This document shows positions 60,569-64,000 of a DNA stretch of 64,000 nucleotides, one piece after another. The stretch's first letter is position 1. Each line of letters starts with the position of its first letter. Below the pieces are notes generated by a model, which searched no databases, had not been told where the DNA came from, and saw only the letters and a program-made list of their open reading frames with translations. Source of the stretch: Chiloscyllium plagiosum (taxonomy: Eukaryota); contig NC_057719.1 of the NCBI RefSeq assembly GCF_004010195.1, positions 86,144,056 through 86,208,055 of the forward strand, in the 5' to 3' direction. The position numbers and the translations under genes were made by a program.

Positions 60569-61041
60569 CTGTAGAGGGAAATTACAAAATGGTCAGCAAC
60601 ATCGCTAACTCCAGAGTGGCAGGTATCAAAGAATACAACAACAGCTTGGATTATATAGTGTCCGAAGGCAGCAAAATGTTCCAAGAGCATTATCAAATTA
60701 AAATTGATGGTGTCATGTGAAGTGTGTTTAGAACAAGTGTCAAAATGTTTGGTCAAAGAATTTGGTTAAAATGAGTGTCATAAGGGAAGAGAAAGAGGCA
60801 GAGAGACTCAGAAAGGAAAATCCAAATCATAGGGCCCAGGCAATGATGAAGTGAGTAAATTTAGGAATAGATGAGAGAATGGAGTTGAAAAATTATTAAG
60901 TGATTTGAGGGTTCCAAGAGTTGAAGGCCTTCCCCAGAAGGGAAAATAGAAAAACTATTGAATATACTAGTCCAACTCATCTTATATACATTAAGATTGA
61001 GCTTCAGTATGACCAGTACACTCGTTTCCATGTTACAGATA

Positions 61042-61444
61042 CAGAGGAACCTCGATTATCCAAATATCAATTATCTGAATATCGGATTATCCGAAGGAGA
61101 TCTCGAGGTCCTGATAGAAACATTACACCAAAGACGTGTTTCCAACACTGACCGCATCTCTTGTTTGCAGTGATTAAAAGTGAACTTGGTTTATTGAAAT
61201 GCTGCCGAGAACAGTCCTGCACTAATGGGATCCAAGCATCATCTCCAAAAGACTGACCTCCCGCCCTCTCTGCACACACTTTCCCTGGAATTCTATACAG
61301 GCGTGCACCCTAAACCGCCCTTCCGCAGATAGTCTCTCCAACATTATCCTATACAGGGCAAAGGTGGAACCTGTCAAAGAGTTGCAGTAAAAAGTTGCGT
61401 ATGTGTGTGTGTGCGTGTGCACGTGCTATTTGGAGACTCATCCC

Positions 61445-61479
<35 letters not shown>

Positions 61480-61757
61480 CTTGTTGTCATATAGGATTTG
61501 GGGGGGGGTGGTGTTGGACGGGTTTGGGGGGTGGGGAGAAGGAGGATGGTGTTGGATGGGCGGGGTCAGGTTTCGACGGGATTGGGGGGGCGGGGGTCCG
61601 CATGCGGTGTGCTGCTGCCTCATTTCCTGATCGGGGAGCGGACTTAACAGAAAACCCTGAGCCCCAGAGGAAAGGCATTGTATCGATTAACCGAATAATC
61701 AATTATCCGAACGAAATAGTGCCCGCCCATCTCATTCAGATAATTGAGGTTTGTCTG
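61042..61757. mobile_element. Tigger/pogo-like non-autonomous DNA transposon in the last GANC intron
   Basis: TA TSD; TIRs CAGAGGAACCTCGATTATCC ... GATAATTGAGGTTTGTCTG; subterminal ttatccgaa repeats. Confidence 0.88.
61446..61478. repeat. (CAG)11 microsatellite
   Basis: Perfect 33-nt run inside the DNA transposon. Confidence 0.98.
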
Positions 61758-62625
61758 TATTACTGTTATTTTCCCATAAGGAGGTGACTGGGGAGATGCA
61801 ATGGGGATGGGAAGTGGGAGTTAGAGAGGTGGTTCAAACAAACAGAGGAATACAACACAAACATGCAAATTTTAAATCTGAAGTGTGGTTGGAATGAGAG
61901 TTAATGAAGTTCAGGAAGCACACAAATAGCACTTAGTACAAGTTACATGAACAGAGCTTTAGATAGAAGAAAGTTTATGGAGAATGGGTGATGAAAGAAC
62001 AGATCAGAGAGCACTGGAATAGTTAAATATGGAGTTAACACACACATGGATGAGGGTTTCAGTATAAATGAGTCAGAGATGGAGTCTAGTAATGTCACTA
62101 AGGTAGAAATGGGCTGTCTTTGTGATGCATAAAATATGTGGTCAGAAACCCAGCTTCTGACAGACAGCATGAATGGAAGCACATTCTAACCAAATCATTA
62201 TACTGCCAATTTCTTTCCATCTTTTAGATTTTCAGAGAAAATTAAAGCAACATTTATACACAGCTACCCTGAGGCAAATATTTTGAATAATTCTACTGCC
62301 TGTTTTCTCCAAAGCCAATCTCATGCAGTTGTTTAGCCAGAAACAAAACAGAGTGGTTTATTTTAAAGAACACATGCATTTTCTCTCATTCCCTCTCCTG
62401 GGTAACCATTTCAGAAATAAAAATCAGTCTAATGCCACTGAGCAACTCTCCTGCTCTTTCTTCCAGTGGGGTTCCCTTAATCACTGTCCCTCTCACTTTC
62501 TCAGTGCTTGTCAAGTCTTTCAGATAGTACTGACTCTATTATGTACTTCCAACATTTTTTGTGATTACTCAACAAAACTCTTTGTCACAACGGTTCACAG
62601 AGAGCAGTGAGGTCAACTTATTTAC

Positions 62626-62726
62626 CTGGGTACCATGCTGTCACACATGTAGGTCTCTCAGCTCCCATAACAAGGATCCTCTCCACCACACACTCAGTGC
62701 AGTAACATCCTTTCTCATCAGCACAC
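62626..62726 (-). CDS. GANC: Neutral alpha-glucosidase C, penultimate coding exon (101 nt; not in the ORF track)
   Basis: Acceptor ttctttctgttaag| and donor CCAG|GTAAAT. Reads CADEKGCYCTECVVERILVMGAERPTCVTAWYP, similar to recalled human FADQRGHYPSKCVVEKILVLGFRKEPSSVTTHSS. Its phase-1 end joins in frame to the 60568 exon. Confidence 0.9.
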
Positions 62727-63139
62727 CTTAACAGAAAGAATAACAGTTACACAGTTTAGCCTTTTACAAAGGCAGTAAGCCTTAATGCTGAACAACAATT
62801 TCATTTGCTTAGTGCCTTTAAGTTAATTAAATTACCAAGGTGCTTCATGGGATCATATAAAGCATGAAACTGAGCCACAATAGGAGGTATAAGGATAGAT
62901 GACCAAAATCATGATCAAAAAAGTAGGTTTGAAGAAGTACCTTAAAGGAGGAAAGTGAGGTCGAGAAATAGAGCAGTGAAGGGTGGGAATTTAAAAGCTT
63001 CAGGCAGAGGCATTAGCATCATGGCTGCAAGAGTGGAGTAAATCTTATTTCGAATATACATCATGTGATTGTGGAGATCAAACAGATAGGCAAGGCCATG
63101 AGGGTTTTGAAAACAAGAATGAGAATTTCAAAATGTGCA

Positions 63140-63350
63140 GGTGCCAGTGTTAGACTTGGGTGGATAAGGTGAGAATTCACATAAGACCAGGTTATAGTTC
63201 AACAGGTTTATTTGAAATCAAAAGCTTTCAGAGCACTGCTCCTTTGTCAGGTGAAGTGACGACCAAGTCACCTTATGAAGGAGCAGCGCTCTGAAAGCTT
63301 GTGATTTCAAATAAACCTATTGGAGTGTAACTTGGTATCGTGTGGCTTCT
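63140..63350. mobile_element. Older Penelope-derived palindrome (second family)
   Basis: accaggttatagttcaacaggtttatttgaaatca.aagctttcagagc.ctgctcctt ... aaggagcagcgctctgaaagctt.tgatttcaaataaacct. Confidence 0.8.
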
Positions 63351-64000
63351 GAGAATTTCAAAGTTAGACACTGTTTGACTGGATATCAAATGAAGTAACA
63401 CAGAAGTGATAGGGGAATGGAACATGCTGCAAATTAAGACAAGAACAGTGAGCCTGAATGATCTCAAGTTTACAGAGAATTGTATATGGGACGTCATACA
63501 TTGAATAGTCAAGTCTAGAGGTAAGAAAGGCGTAATAGTAAGGGTGTCAGTAGCAGATAAAACCACAGTAAAGTCAAGCAAAATTACAAATGGTGGAAAC
63601 GGATGATCCAAGGGATGGTTCGAAGCTCATCTTAGGGTCAGATGTGAAATCAAAAATGTAAGCAGACTACCTTAATCTCAGACTGTCGCCAGGAAGACAG
63701 GTGGTAGTTAGGGAATGGAGATTAACAGGGATGATTCCACAGAATAATTCATGGAGGTCTTGATATCCTGATATGTTTTCCTCGCAAGGTTAATCCCCCT
63801 GATTAAATCAGTAAAGGTGCATGCAAGTGACACACAAGGTAGGGATACAGGAACAGGAGCACGTGATTTAACCCTCAGCGAGATCTGCCATTCAATTTGA
63901 TTATAGCTGATTTGCAATCTAACTCAATATATATGCCCTTGCCCTGTATTTCTCAAAACCTTTGTCAAAAATCCATCAATCTCAGATTTAAGATTAAGAT

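Noticed and set aside
61395..61787. Poly-Gln / poly-Ala ORFs
   Set aside because: Artefacts of the (CAG)11 repeat inside a DNA transposon in a GANC intron.
1..64000. Prokaryotic systems (CRISPR arrays, operons, defence islands)
   Set aside because: The sequence is eukaryotic with spliceosomal introns; no repeat-spacer arrays were seen.

Overview
This is vertebrate genomic DNA, very repeat-rich. The repeat families (HE1-type V-SINEs, CR1/HER1 LINEs, Penelope elements) point to a cartilaginous fish, probably a shark; that is an inference. Parts of two minus-strand protein-coding genes are present in the same tandem order as in mammals. The last two coding exons of GANC (neutral alpha-glucosidase C) lie at 62626-62726 and 60456-60568. 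The 5' end of CAPN3 (calpain-3) lies about 42 kb downstream and has two alternative first coding exons: a muscle p94/NS-type exon (17736 to about 18016) and a lens Lp82/AX1-type exon (3160-3411). CAPN3 exon 2 was not found in the window. The most notable observations are: (i) the p94-like start peptide (MPHVINSVQ*) is out of frame with the rest of its exon; (ii) that exon has a splice acceptor whose phase would allow an in-frame GANC-CAPN3 fusion; (iii) a perfect MEF2 site lies just upstream; (iv) there are many Penelope-derived palindromes carrying hammerhead-ribozyme core motifs; (v) there is a young solo LTR and several deeply nested retroelements. Almost all other ORFs in the track are decayed transposon fragments or noise. 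Gene calls rest on my recall of the vertebrate protein sequences, not on a database search. Repeat boundaries are approximate unless a target-site duplication (TSD) is cited.
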